NCBI GenBank assembly: GCA_043228905.1
Contig: JBHGNT010000001.1
Coordinates: forward strand, 35,650,001 to 35,714,000
From: Azolla caroliniana
Taxonomy: Eukaryota; Plantae; Polypodiophyta
Length of the DNA stretch: 64,000 nucleotides
Direction: 5' to 3'
Shown: positions 27,356-41,600 of the stretch, piece after piece
How positions within the stretch are numbered: position 1 is the stretch's first letter
How the letters are laid out: each line of letters opens with the position of its first letter
The notes under the pieces: generated by a model
Databases searched by the model: none
What the model was told of the DNA's origin: nothing
What the model saw: only the letters and a program-made list of their open reading frames with translations
Position numbers and translations under genes: made by a program

Positions 27356-30223
27356 TATGGACTTTGTGTCTTGGTACCTATTAATAGTATCCAATGACTA
27401 TATATCCAATGACTTAGTTCAAAACATTAGAATAGCACAATACAGTCAACATTTTGCCACTTTGCCTCGCATTCAAATACAATATTTGTATGGACTAGAT
27501 TTTGACACCCATGTCCGCCAAATCTAAACCTTCATGCTTTAATTGCATGGTGTAAAACACCCAAGCACAAAACAACATATAGGCAATGTTTTCGGACGCT
27601 TTGCTGACATTCTTAGTGGGAAGTGGAAATGGAGAAGGGCCAAGGTCTTATTACTTGATAAGCATTGGATATTTTAAAAACAAGGTCCCTCGCAAAAGAA
27701 AGAAAGAAAGCTTTATTAACTCCTTTTAAGAGGCCAAAATTGCCCACAAGACTGAAAAAGAGACCAACAAATCAAATGTCTCCCGTCTTTGAGAGCCACA
27801 AATCAAAATAACTAGGCTACTCAAGAATCTAAATATCTAAGCACTTGAACAACTTGTGTAAATATCTCTCAGGTTCTAACAACTCTAGACATCAGACTTT
27901 GTGATTGTGCTTCTTCGATGGCCCATAATGTTAAAATCATCAATCAATCTTAACAACTTTGGTCCCGAAGTGTGCAACTTAGGATGTTTGAAGTTTAATG
28001 ACGGACCTAAAGCTTCCATTTTCTAGGATTTTTGGAGTTCTCAAGAAATTGATCCACTTTATTGTTATTTAATCAAATAACACAAATATTATTATGGCTT
28101 TCATGCTTATATTTCAAACATTCTCCTTCACTTACTTTTTTGAGTTTTAGTGGTAAACATAATGTTCAAACGTTTACCGTAATGCACACAACACCACATG
28201 CACAAACACTCGAACACACTCCACTTTTGTTTTTAACAAAGTATATTACTAGTGGGGATTTGGAAACGTGAATGTGAGGTAAAAAATCACAAAGAATATT
28301 CACAATGTATTAGATTATAAACATTAAGAAAGCAAGGCATAAATGTGTTTGATAATCTTATGATTAATTACATGACAAAGTTAAAGAGATGCTTGGAAGG
28401 AAACCTAAACTAGTATGGATTAAAAACAACTTGACCATTGTCACATTCATTGCAAACACTCCATATTGTCCGTTCAAGTCAAACTCTAATCCATAGAACC
28501 AAAAGATTTTTTGGAGGTGATGAGGATTGAATTGTATTTATAGATAGCGGGGTAAATTGTTATATGGAAATATTGGTTGTGCACAAATCTAAAGTACATG
28601 AATAAGGATTTGATTTGGTTGTCCAAACCTCTTCCAAATGACGGTAATCACTATTTAGGAGTGGATTTGAATCAGTAGAGTTTTCAATGTTTTGCTATAA
28701 TCAATGAGCTATCTAAACCATGAAAGGAGTCATCTACCAATAAGTTTCCTTAATTGTAATATGGAAACTATATGAAGGACCCTAGAGAAATTGTTGTTCC
28801 TTCAGAATCAACAATATTTTCCACATCCTAATGCAATCCCATATATGCCTTTTGGCTAATGGCCTATAGGGTCCATAGAGGAGAATTAGTTGTTCAAAAC
28901 ATATTTCACGCCACGTCTCATTTCCTAGTGGAATCATGCACAGGATATAGTCCAAAATAAAAAAAACAACACATAAATGTAGACATAGTATAGAATGATG
29001 CACAAAATATAATCTCACAATAATTTACCTACAATGTTGAATAAAGTTAAAATTTATTTGTATATAGATTAGGCTAATCATAAAAGTTAAAACATTTGTA
29101 CTAAAATTTGGGGTCTTCCATCACTCAAAAGAGGCAACGAGTTAACTTTATGCACGAATTACACCGAACAATTATTTGCGCTTGGTATATGTGTTGGTGC
29201 CTTGACATGTAAGGTAGTAAATTGAGGAAAGAATAAAAATTTATGGGATTGCATAGGAATATCTAAGGTGGATATGTAGGTTGGGAAACTTGTGACTTGT
29301 CACCATGATAGTACTAATATGACGCTAGATTATAGAAAGATTTGCCTTTTCTAGCTCAATAGGACTCTCTTTTTTTTGTCATGATCCAGCATGTCTAACT
29401 TTAAACAATTGTGTGAGTCGTGACACTTGTGATTTCCACATTCCAAGCCCCAACGTAAACAATATCATAATAAATACAAGCATGAAAGAGGGGTAATGAT
29501 GCTACGTGTACTCTATATAGAATCGCAGTAATCTAAACTGTAAGTATAATATCAATGTCTACACATACTATTGCTATTTGTTGCCTATTCAAGGCTACTT
29601 AATAGGAAGGAGACGAAAATCCCGTCATAGCCATTGTAATAGTTATACCTATTCTGGAATAGTTAATGATTTAAAAGTCACGTTTGAACAAGCCTCCAAG
29701 ATTTCATGTGCTTATTCGAATGAACGTTTAAAACTGTTGCAGTTTCCCATGGTAAAAAAAATAGATAACAACTCAAACACTTCAGTCTCGCAACATCTAG
29801 ATTCAAGCCTCTATCGCTTTTCAAGAAAATCTAGCCTTATATATATATATATCCTAATCTTGTAATGTGAATTGAGCACAATAGGAATCACACCATAGAG
29901 GTTCCTTATTAGACTAATATTATGGTAATAAGCTTTCCTAAAACAACTAAATTTCATTCATAAATTTAAAGCTGAACTCATACAAATAACTCAACTAGTT
30001 TCTATTGCTAAAATGGAAATTTGTAGCAATTATCCAGGATGAAATTACACTCTTGAAGCCCATTGGATACCATCACAAATACGGGGTTATGTAATTTACT
30101 GCGAGTTTGTTGTTAAAAAAAAAGATGTTGTAGATTTAGCACGTGACTTACATGTGCATCATGCATTCCCTATCAACTTCACCACCGCACAAGACATAAT
30201 GTGTTAACGCATTTGATATGAAC

Positions 30224-30380
30224 TAACAATCAACAACGGTTCAGTTTGAACCTTAACGGTTGGAAAAAATTTAGCGGTTCGGTATAACGGTTTCGTGGTT
30301 TAGTTCGGTTCAGGTCTCAAAAAAATTTAACGGTTCGGTTTTGACCCTCTCAAACCGAACCGAACCGTTGCCGATTGTTA
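30224..30380. mobile_element. Non-autonomous hAT-type MITE, 157 bp
   Basis: 19-bp imperfect TIRs (TAACAATCAACAACGGTTC / GAACCGTTGCCGATTGTTA), many internal CGGTT/AACCG subterminal motifs, and flanking 8-bp near-duplicates ATATGAAC (30216-30223) / ATGTGAAC (30381-30388). Confidence 0.85.
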
Positions 30381-33300
30381 ATGTGAACATGTTGCCTGTA
30401 AAATATTTTAAGAGATTTTAGATGTTCACACACATGATTGATCATGGATTCCTATGATTACCTTATTCAAATTCTAACAATGCAAATATATAGTGTATTG
30501 GTAATGGTTGCGATTTAGAACATTATGTCGTCGTGTATGACCATAAGGTTGAATCCCCATAATTGCCACATGTTTCAATACTTTTTAGTCATCAATAAAT
30601 TTGTAATCTTAGAATGTATAAGGCAAATCATTTTACGTCTTGATTGTATAACCATAAGATTGACTCAATTATGTTCCTCAATGCTCACACATTTTTATAC
30701 TTTTGTCATCAATGATTTTGTGTTAGTTGATACCATAAACATAATGTTGACTCCCATTAATCCCCCACACTTTTGCAATGATTGGTTGAAAGCACTGAGC
30801 ACATACACTCCAAGTTATACTTAATAGGCAATCATTTGAACAAAATAATCATTTTCTGCATGTCAAAAACATTATGTCTTTGAAATCGAAGCGGTGTTAA
30901 TTTGAATTGAGAATGTCAACATGATCTTGTTTCCTATTAGTAGTGAGATAACATAATATCATTCGAAAAGTCATTGGTATCTCGTTTGTCAATACGATTT
31001 TTTATTATAGATAAATCTTTTCACAAATGAGTACAAAGACTTGTATAGTCAATACTTTCACCATATCAATAAAACTTTATGACATGCATGTTTTGTATTA
31101 TTTCAAGTAAACATATTCATAAATTATATGTAAACTTCGAATGACATCTGTTTAGGGATTCGAAAGTTGATTGTGACTCATACCTAGTTTATTTTCTACA
31201 ACTCCTCCTTACATTGCCAATGATAACAAGGCTAGCCATTGTATGGTCATCAAATCAAAGGAAGTGTGTTGAGCATATGAGAAATGATGCCTACATGAAT
31301 TTTGTTTTCTTGTGTGTGGTAGCATGATGCACATTTAATGTCTACTTGTTTATCATAGTCCTTGGTTGTAGGGGCACATCTCATAAACTTTTTCATATAA
31401 ACTACTTCCATATATTTTCATAGCCACAGATTACAAATTTGCCCAGGTTGGGAGGTGGGGGGGGGAGGGGTGAGAAATGATGTTTTGAACAAACAATGTT
31501 GTTATTCACTTGAATATTTGTAAGAGTTAATAGAAAAAATTAATATTTTCTGAATGGTCCTACAAATATAAGATACTTTCCTCGTAACTTCGTACTGCAT
31601 ATTTTCATGCAAATTAGATATAGTTTACAAAGAAAAAAAATCACAACTCAACAAATTAAGGAAGAAATAGTTTGGCTAAGGCTAGACCTAGGAAGAACAC
31701 TAACAACAAAATTCTAGCTAGCATGATGCTTCGATAGGTGGGTGGGTGGTGTCAGACTTTCTTAAAATTCATTTGAGGGAGGGAGGGAGGGGAATCGTTT
31801 GAATTGAGTTCACAACACACAAAAAATCAAAATCAAAATAATTCGATTGGATATAGTTTGTCACATCGTTTTGTGTCTCCTCGTCCTCAAAGGATTGTTA
31901 ATTTATATTTGTTTATTTAATCAATAATTTCACACGCATCCATCTATTGGATATTGGTTCACATGTAGTTCCTCTCACATTCATTCTCTGGTCTCCACAC
32001 TTTTACACTAGCTTAGGAGCATTTATTTATCGTAAGTTGTTTAAAAACCCTTTCAAGTGTCCTGCTTTTGTTAGCCTTCACCAACGAAGCCCCCTCTGTT
32101 ATTTAGAAAACAATTAAGACCACGTGGAAAATTTTAGTGAGTTCCACTAGAAAAATATAGCTTTTCGCCTATCTTGTTGCAAGTTTATGTCATCAAAAGA
32201 ATTCCCCTTGAAGTTTTAGGCAAACTTCAAGGTGTTTTAGAGTTTGCCCCAATTTATTTGTTTGTGCATTGTTCGAAATACATTTTATCCAATCATTTTA
32301 AACAATGCCAAATGAATTATAGTCGATTGAAGTCCAATGTGAGTTGTCATTGTGGTTAGAATGTCACTTAATTACTTGAGCACGATATTCTAGAATATGC
32401 TCTCCCTCAACTGAATTTTCCGGCCAAATTACGCCCATTTTCCGATGTAATTTAAATGAATTCTAGTAATTCCCATTTCAAACATTTCCAAAGTTGTTAA
32501 AGATAACATTCTTGCAACTTATCCACAACCCCCCGCCCCCCCCTCCCAAAAAAAAAAAGGTTTTTAATAAATTATCTTGTTCTGCATTCTTCATTGCTAT
32601 AAAGTGCGCACTAATATACTTAAACCATTCCACCAACAAACACATTCATTTTGCACACACATCTAAAGGAAAGACACCTTGCATCATGGATGCAATGTGT
32701 TCATATAATTTTTATATAGGTTGTCGAGGTAGTTGTGAAACGTGGATGGGTCAAGTCAAGAGAACTAGATTCTCATCCATTGTTTCATTGGATTTCATTG
32801 TCCAGAAAAAAAGTTCATTCAAACTACCCTTTCAGAACAACATTGTTTATATTCTATTACTTAGTTTTACAATTAGAGATGTTGTAAATGATACCTACAC
32901 CACAATATTTAGCCATATGATGCTTTCATTATTCAACTCATCCTTAGTATTAGAGAAAGTGGACTATACTTTTTTGTTTGTTGAAATAGATGAGAACAAG
33001 AAGTTGAGATGGAGGTTGGTAACCCATAAATAGCATTTTAAATTGATAAGGTCTTGGGAGGCAATGTTTGAATGATTCCTTTGTGAAACAATGTATACAT
33101 CTTCAAATGGATATTACAATGCAAATAAGTAGGGTTTAAAACAAACTAGAATATTATTGAAAGGTTGTAGCCATTTGTAAATTGGAGTAGGAGACTATCA
33201 TTCATTCATTTTGGTAACATGAGCTTCAAAAAGATGCAAAACGAGGGCATCTCTCCTCATTGCTTGATCACCCCTTATTGCTGGCTATGCTCAACAAATC

Positions 33301-36300
33301 AGCTATGATGAGGGTACAAGGGAATCGGTTGGTATATTTGTTTATCCAACACAACTTTTGTATTTCTTATGATTTAATAATACCAAGGAGTATCTTATTA
33401 GGGGGGGAAAAAAACATGAGCATTTTACATAGTTCCTCAAACATGGGTGGGGCTATATGCGTTGAGGCATAAGAAAGGAAGGTCTTATCATTATCGTGGA
33501 ACTACAATGGACAATGTGGATTTTGAGGAATAATGAAGTCATTTGAATGAAGATGTTGAACAAGCTCATTCATTTATCCAACAACTAAAAGAATCAATAT
33601 CATAATCCTTCATTTCTACACTTTTTCAGACGTAATTCTTCATATTACTAAATATATGCACATATACAAGCCATGGATGGACATATGAGTGCACATTGAG
33701 GCAAATAGCTTAGGAAAGCCTTTGACTCTCTCAACGAATTCGAATATCGACAGGTAAACCACCACAACATGTTAAGTGCTTGGTTGGTGAAACATAGTAT
33801 GCGGTATAAAATCCTTTGCATTTTGCAATTTATTAGCATTTTTATTTAAAGATTGATCTATTGTTTCCACCCTTTGAGTTTGGCCTCTTAAACATTTTGC
33901 GTTAGCATTGCCTTTTAAAGGAAGGATAGGTGCGGTTGTTCTCATTTGGATTGTCTCTTAGAAGTGCTTTGTATTGTGGTCTTTATTAGCATTGCTTTTT
34001 CAAGGAAATGCTATTGCTTTCAATAGCAACACTTTGCATTTAAAGTGGAGTGCTATTGTCCCAATTGGTTGTATTCAGGAAACGATTTCGACATCATTGT
34101 TCTAAAGCCATTTCTTCAAGAGGAGATTGCTTAGCACAACATTGAATCCTTCCTTAAAATATATTTTTAGGGTCAGTCAAAAGTTCCTTAATTTATGTGT
34201 AAAGGTAGTTCTTGCACATTGATATATCTCACGCAAAGCAAAAGAAAATAAATAGTAGTTCCACAATTATTTTATTTTGCCTAATGATGATTATTTTTCA
34301 TAATAGATGCGTGCATTACTCTAGCTTATATAATTGAGAAAGATATTCGATTGAAACATGTCAAACAGATCATGGTGGATAGTGAGATTTTAACTTATTG
34401 TGTAAAGATGGCTTTCTTCACAATGATAAAAAACGGTATAGAATCTATAGTAGAAACACCAAAACAGGAGGAATTGAAGGGTAAATATGGAACTGAGCTC
34501 ATGAGTTATCAATTGATGGAGATAAAGAAGACGAAGATACCAATGTGCGATAATAATATTGATGAGTTTCAGAGTTGGCAAGAGCTAGTGGAAAAGTGTA
34601 AACAAGATCTTGTGGATGTCATGATTGAAAGACAAGAAGAACATGGTGTCTTTGTTAAACATCTAACATAAATGTACTCGAATTACCCACCCTTGTATGG
34701 TAAATATACATACGAAAGTGAAAGTTATCATGTTTCATTCTTTCCTTGGTTCTTGATTTTCATACAATGTGTATCAAACATACACTTAGAATTAAATTTA
34801 AATATTCTCCTATCTCTAAGTTCCAACAAGTACCCATTCCAAGCATTGCATCCTATACCAACCTCTTTAATGTCACCGTGCATGTCCTCTTTGCCACAAC
34901 CACTTTTGTTCTTCTTTTATCATAATGATCCCCCGTCCTTTGAAGAGGACAAGTCGTTCTACACTTTTCCACCTCGTAGGCTCGTATTTTATTTTTCAAT
35001 AATTTTTATTTCCTTTTAACATATTTTGAAGTTGAGTGTGGGTAGCTAGTATACAGGGAAAACTTTGAAATACTCCCATTCTTCCTTGTTTCCCCAAATG
35101 CCCCCTAAGGATTCCTTATTACCTTAAATGCCCTTCGTCTACCATCTTTATGTTAATGAGACACTTGCAAGGCTTTTTTGATTACTTTCAATTTTCATGG
35201 ATATTCGTTGGTCTGATATCAATTTATTCTTTATCGTTATCGTTCCCAGAAAGTATGTCATATTATCATATAGGGTTTATTGTTCTAAGAAGATACCATA
35301 CATCATCAATTGAAGTCTCCATTCGTATGACGTCATTGAATCTATATAGAACAACGACTCTTTTTTTCCCGTCAAACATCAGTAATCGTTGAGTTGCAGA
35401 TAAAATGTCATTGCCGATTTCTATTGTTATTTAATATTAACATCATAGAGCAAGTTTTTAACTAACACAAGGCATAATCATGCCATGCCATCGACACACA
35501 TTAGATGCGTGTCGATTCAAAAACTAGATATTGTGTTATTTAACTATTTGGATCGTGTTGATTCAAAAACCCATTTTGTTGTTCACATTTGAGGCTTATC
35601 GTATACTCGAAAGGCAGCTCACATATACCATAAAAAGAAAACCCTCACATAAACATTATATGCTATTGTTGGTCCAAAAGCCGGATCAAAAGAAGCTTTC
35701 AATGCATATCTAACTTCATTTTAAATACGGGGTTTATTAGATCGAAAAGATGTGAAGCCAATAGTTATAACGACACATTCTCTTTAGTTTCTTAATATTA
35801 ATGATCGTAGCCACATCCAAGTTTTGCACTAAGGCAGAATATTTAAAGACAAAAATTGAGAGAAAAGAGCGGATGATGAAAGGACACTTCAACTTTAGTG
35901 CAAAGATTCTAAACATTGTTATTATATATATTAGGTATATCGAGAAATTTGGAAACCTAAGGGGACCCAAGAGAAGGAAGTGTCCTTGCTTCTTCTCTTG
36001 TTTTATAACATTATGTAAATCCTTTACCCCTATCACGACTTCACCATAGAGAGGCTCAACACTACACGACGACCGTGCGAAAATTGAGGTGATACAACAT
36101 GATGTGCAACCAACTTGCAAAGAGAACCAACAAGACTTAGATATCTAGAGTTTATTTGGTGTCAAGACAACAACACATTGGTGCCTAACTCAACACACTA
36201 CTTGATTGCAACTTGCTAGCTTTTAATAATTTCTTTTTGGATCAAGATTTTTTCTTGTTTTATGCACTTAAGGGGGGGTATGCTTTCTTGGGAAAAGAGA

Positions 36301-37927
36301 ATGTAGGAAATGGGCTTTTCCAATCCAAGGAGCAATGTATATCAATCATTTTCCAGTTTTAATCTTATTGTTCATGCTAAAGGGAAAAGGACCCCATCCT
36401 TTCTCGTTTAGACAACAATCACTTAACAAGCTTAGAGCAATGAAAACTCCGCCCCGGCTCCTCCCCCAGGTCTTGCGCATTTTGTAAGCTGATTTTGTCA
36501 TTGTTAATGGGAAGATCACATTGTACTAGTACTAGACGACGACACAATATAGTCTGTGGAATTCCTTGTTTAACGCCAAGACAACTACTATGTTTTGGAA
36601 ATGAAAGAAAGGTTAATTCTACCCAAGCTCCCACCATAGGTAGCAATATCTTCACACCCACAACTTCCAAATGTGAGTATGAGCCACAAGTGTGTGTAAG
36701 AGAAGAGTAGCCGAGTTTCCAAGAAGAACCACCATATGTATTCCAAGTTTGGATAGACTAAATGTGTCAAGTAGTGCACGGAAATGTCACAATGCGTTAA
36801 CAAGACAAATAAGGTGGATACCACACATGGATGTGCCTTGAGTTTGCATGTTGGTAGAATACAAGGTTCAAGCCACCCCACCCATACAAAAAAATACATG
36901 TTTCAAGCAAGTCATGCATATTAAGCAACAAGTTCAAATAACCATCGCATGATGCAAATGTGGGTCGAGTTCACCACACACACATGGCTAGGGTCTTAGG
37001 CCTGAGGCATTGCTCCATCTCCCACACACACACACACACACACCAAAGCCATCTTCAAAGACAAATCATGGTGTCTAGATGGGCATACATATTTGATGAT
37101 TTTATCTCTTTGTGTTGTCTCAGATATTGGGTCTTGTGTGTCCACACACAGACAGATATTGTATGTAGGTCATAAGATTGGATGTGCTGACTGGCAGCCA
37201 TATATGTGTAATAGATGTGCGGTAATGAATATGTAGATAGATGGCTCGTATGTCCTGCCAGACACAGGTAAGTCATCTCTTGCGGTCGGTCACATTATAC
37301 AATCCAATCCAGAAGAGAGAATTGCCACAGGCATTCCCTTTCCATCTTGGAAAACTACCACAACATCCTTTCAGCTGTTGTATCGATCAAGGGATGGAAT
37401 GCGATACAAGAAGAAGAAGAAGACCGCATTACATGATTCAGAAAAAGCAAGACACAGATGAAATTGGAGCAGCACACTGTTTGGCATAGATAGATATGTA
37501 ATCATAAACAAATGGAGTTGATTCATAAGATTATGTCATTAATACTCGCCGTATCTGCAGAAAATTAGTATCTATTTTGTCTCCTCTTGAATTAGGAGAT
37601 ACATACATACATACATACATATATATATACATACACATAGGGTATAATGATGAGGATGAGGGATTGAGGTGTGCCGGAAAAATGGGTTGGAGCACTCGAC
37701 ATCGTTCTGAGGAAAACAAAAAGAAAACCCTAGTCATGGTTCCTCTAGTCTCCATGGACACAAGGAGTATATCGATATATATATATATATATATATATGT
37801 ATATGTATATGTATATATTGATATATGAGAGAGAGAGAGAGATGAGTATTTAGTGAGCCGAATAACAACAACATGGTGTGTATCTTTTAATGTTTTTTTC
37901 TGAATTAGGTATCTTCCTTGGTACTTC

Positions 37928-39751
37928 CTACTGGGGAAATAGGGCAAGAGCTACTCTTGGGGGTGAGGGAGGGCTCGCTATCAGCTGTTTGCTGGCAGCC
38001 TCTAGGTTGTATGCGAATGGCCTAATATGTGGCTGATGATGATGATGATGGTGGTGATGGCCATTATTGTAAGGATCAAGTTGCATCTGTGGTGTGGCAC
38101 TCGGATTCAGATTTGGAGATGATGTCATCCAATTGGAAGACAGTGCCTGGGAGGAGGTGGGGCTAGGGTTAGCACTAGCACCATGATTAGGCGGCGGCTG
38201 CACTGACTGATTACAGCTAACAGGGTGGAAGAGAAAGGAAGCTTGATCATTAGGGTTAGTTAATGCAGGGTTATTCAAGATTGCTGCTGGATTGAGCTGT
38301 TGGAGGTTGTTGTTGTTGTTCCGAGGATGGGTGTGGAGGATTAGGGCATTCATCTGGGGCGGCATACCCAAATGGTCATTGTTCTTATTGGCGTGATTGG
38401 GCACCTGATTTGTGTGAATAATGGGGGCGGGGGCGGGGGCGGGGGCGGAATGTGCTCGATGAGGTACCGGTAGCTGGACTCTGGCTGTGGAGGTAGGGTT
38501 TCCTTGGGCATGGGCATGGGCATGGGCATTGGCATGGACGTGGGCAGCACCTGAGAAGAGAGCATCGGAGGTCGGGGAGGCGGGGCCGAATAACTGATCG
38601 TTGGTGGGGATGCTGGTAATGGCGAGCTGATTCATGATGGGCTTGGAGCAGGAGGAGGAGGTGGAGGAGGGAAGTGCAGAGGTGGGGGATGAGAAGAGGA
38701 GGCTCCCTTGCTGCATCCTGCGCAGGTACAGCCTGTACTTCTGCAGGTGGCTGGCCACATTCTCCCGGGTGAGGCCGCCCACATTCATGAGCTGCATGAT
38801 GGTCTTGGGCACCGCATTCCGGATACCCAGGTGTGAAACCGCGTCCACGAAGCGCTTGTGCAGCTGCGGCGTCCACACCAGCCTTGGCCGTTTCAGTGTC
38901 CTGGCTGCCCCTCCGCCTCCTCCGCCTGTCCCTGTGCCTCCTCCTCCTCCTCCACTACCGTCCCCTCCCTCCATGCCATCGCCAGAGTTAGAGGAGCTCT
39001 CCTTCTCTCCCATCTGGTTCATCATGCTCGACAGCTCCATGTCCGCCCCCATCTCATCCAGCCCATACTGATCCAACCCATCGTACTGCCTCTTCCCGCT
39101 ATGCCCGCCGCCCATCATCACCATCTGTTGACATTCCGCACTACCGTTCCCCATCTCCTGCTGCATCTCTGCATTACGACGACTACGATGATGATGATGA
39201 TGATGATGAGAACCGGGCTGTGCCTGCTTGTTTGCAAGCACCATGTCATGATACTCAGCTTTTATGGAAGCTGCAGAGTCATGATAAGGTGAAGCAGATG
39301 CGGAGGCAGCGTGAGATTTGGGGCATATCTCGTCCGAGGGGTCAAGATCGGGGGTTCCGGAGTTGCAACAGCTTGCAGTGGGCGCAGTATGTTCGAGTAC
39401 TCGGGCGGCCATGTCCGGTTCTGCTCGATCTACGGAATGATTATGTGGCAGTGGGGATTTAGCGATGGCAGAAGCAGTAGTAGTCGATGAGGCAAGGTGG
39501 GAAATTTGTATGTTATTCACTGGTTTCGATGGAGGGGGAGAGGCGGAAGGAGGGAGGTTGAGATTGAATAGGTTCGCCAGAGCCTTGGGGATGAGGCTGT
39601 GAGAGATGGGGACGAGCTCCTCTGCAGGGAAAAGCTCATCCGTCTGTTGTTTCGTGCTGTTGTTGATGGTATGGTGGTAGGGCATTAGTTGTAGCTGTGA
39701 GCTTCTAGGTGTTGCGATAGCCATGGTTGAAGAATACACGTCTTTCTTCAT
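37928..39751 (-). CDS. LUX: LUX ARRHYTHMO/PCL1-like GARP (MYB-like SHLQKY) transcription factor
   Basis: Intronless 607-aa ORF. It has the N-terminal LUX motif ([24 protein letters not shown]) and the DNA-binding domain [65 protein letters not shown]. Confidence 0.9.
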   Translation of the reverse strand: MKKDVYSSTMAIATPRSSQLQLMPYHHTINNSTKQQTDELFPAEELVPISHSLIPKALANLFNLNLPPSASPPPSKPVNNIQISHLASSTTTASAIAKSPLPHNHSVDRAEPDMAARVLEHTAPTASCCNSGTPDLDPSDEICPKSHAASASASPYHDSAASIKAEYHDMVLANKQAQPGSHHHHHHHRSRRNAEMQQEMGNGSAECQQMVMMGGGHSGKRQYDGLDQYGLDEMGADMELSSMMNQMGEKESSSNSGDGMEGGDGSGGGGGGTGTGGGGGGAARTLKRPRLVWTPQLHKRFVDAVSHLGIRNAVPKTIMQLMNVGGLTRENVASHLQKYRLYLRRMQQGSLLFSSPTSALPSSTSSSCSKPIMNQLAITSIPTNDQLFGPASPTSDALFSGAAHVHANAHAHAHAQGNPTSTARVQLPVPHRAHSAPAPAPAPIIHTNQVPNHANKNNDHLGMPPQMNALILHTHPRNNNNNLQQLNPAAILNNPALTNPNDQASFLFHPVSCNQSVQPPPNHGASANPSPTSSQALSSNWMTSSPNLNPSATPQMQLDPYNNGHHHHHHHHQPHIRPFAYNLEAASKQLIASPPSPPRVALALFPQ

Positions 39752-39769
39752 GCTCTTTCTTTGATCAGT

Positions 39770-40617
39770 GAAGAAGAAGAAGAAGAAGAAGAAGAAGAAG
39801 AAGAAGAAGAAAAAGAAGAGAAGACAGATCTGTTGGTTTGCGTGATTATGGAAGGGGGTGGGCGTCGTTCGAATGCAGCTGCTTATATGGCTCAGCTGTT
39901 GCGCTACTCCTGCTGCTGAGAGAAACAGAATCCTTCATTCCCAGTAATAAGACACAGACAAAAGGCATAGGCCACACACACACATGAGTAGATGATTAGG
40001 TTTTGACAGGTTAAGTTAGGTTAGTAGGTTAATAATGATCATCATGAGGTGTAGCAGGAGCAGGGGTAGTAGATGCTGCTGCTAAGCAAGGCGATAGATA
40101 GATAGATTCATCCTATCCTATCCTTCTACTATGTATGTATGACAGACATAGAGAGGGAGGAGAAGAAGAAGGCACGCTTCTGATGGAATGGATAAAAATA
40201 ACTTTCTGAGGAAACAAATGTGAAATTTGGGGAGAGAGAGAGAGAGAGAGAGATTGTGTGTGTGGTTTAAGGCCTTGGCGATGGTGGGCGTTAAATGTGT
40301 GTGTGTGGCTCTATTCTAATTTCTTGTCGTCTGTGTCTTTGTCTGTTTGTCTGTCTGTCTGGCACTTTTTGGTTCAACTGCTGCAGCACAAAATCAACCT
40401 CCTCTCCTATTCCCTACATCTCATGGTATCACTATGTATGTATGCATGTATGTATGTGTTGATAACTTGATATCATCATCATCATCTTATACATATGTGT
40501 ACTATATGTATATATATATATATACATATGTGTACTATATGTATATATGTATATATATATGTATTGTGTGTGTGTATATCAAACGGCCACTATGTTCTGA
40601 GTCAGACAAAGACAGAC

Positions 40618-40662
<45 letters not shown>

Positions 40663-41532
40663 GATGATCGATCCTCAACCAATTCAATATGTATGTATAT
40701 GTAATTTTAAGTAAAGGCTATTTTCATGCGTGTGTCATGTCTTAGCAACCGTATCCTCTCTCTCTCTCTCTCTCCAAACACACACACACACACACACACA
40801 CACAGAGGGGCCACTGACCTCATCACAGAAGAGAAATGAGAGAGGGATGTGTGATTGGAGTGAGAGAGAGAGAGAGTTGGGGATTTGTATTCCATCCATT
40901 CAGTAAATCAGTCAGTCAGTCAGACCGTCCGTCCGTCAGTCATTCATTCTCGGACACAGTGAATATGAGAGAGAGAGACAGAAGAGATTACAAAAAGCAG
41001 AGAGAGTAGTTTGACTTGCTATACGTTTCCAAATTTCAAATTCCCTCTCTGTCTGTCTTGTCTGTATGTCTGAAAAGGGAATTGCAGTCCTGAGATCGAA
41101 TCCGCCCTTCCCTTCGAAGCCTCATCTATCTGTTCGATTGACCATACGGATCTCTGCGTTCCCTCCTGACTCCTGAGTCCTCACATACACACACACACAG
41201 TGGGGAGGAGGGGGGTGTCAATGGTCATGAATTATGATGAGTGATCTCAAAATTCTTGTCTACTGACTCCTCCCCTGGCCCGTTGATCCTTGCCTAAAAT
41301 AGTTGGCATCGTGTATGAGAGGATTAGGGTTTATTTAGGGTTATAATTGATTGATTATATAGGAAGTAGCTGGTCAACCGCTCCTGTTCTCGATGAAACA
41401 CACACACACATGCCCGATGAGATGTGAGATAATGGTGGTGTTAACTTTTTTATGCCCCAAGTACCCAATCTATTCCTTCAATCTTTTACGTACACAACAC
41501 ACACACGTCAAGTTATCTATGCCTATGTATGT

Positions 41533-41589
<57 letters not shown>

Positions 41590-41600
41590 TGTGTGTGTAT
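39770..41600. repeat. Microsatellite-dense region upstream of the LUX-like gene
   Basis: (GAA)n at about 39770-39810, (GA)n at about 40232 and 40619-40660, (CA)n at about 40778, (TA)n at about 40509, and (GT)n at about 41538-41585. Confidence 0.9.

Noticed and set aside
32494-33033. 179-aa ORF in the intergenic tract
   Set aside because: Starts at TTG, runs through poly-C/poly-A runs, has AT-rich non-coding-like composition and shows no motif.
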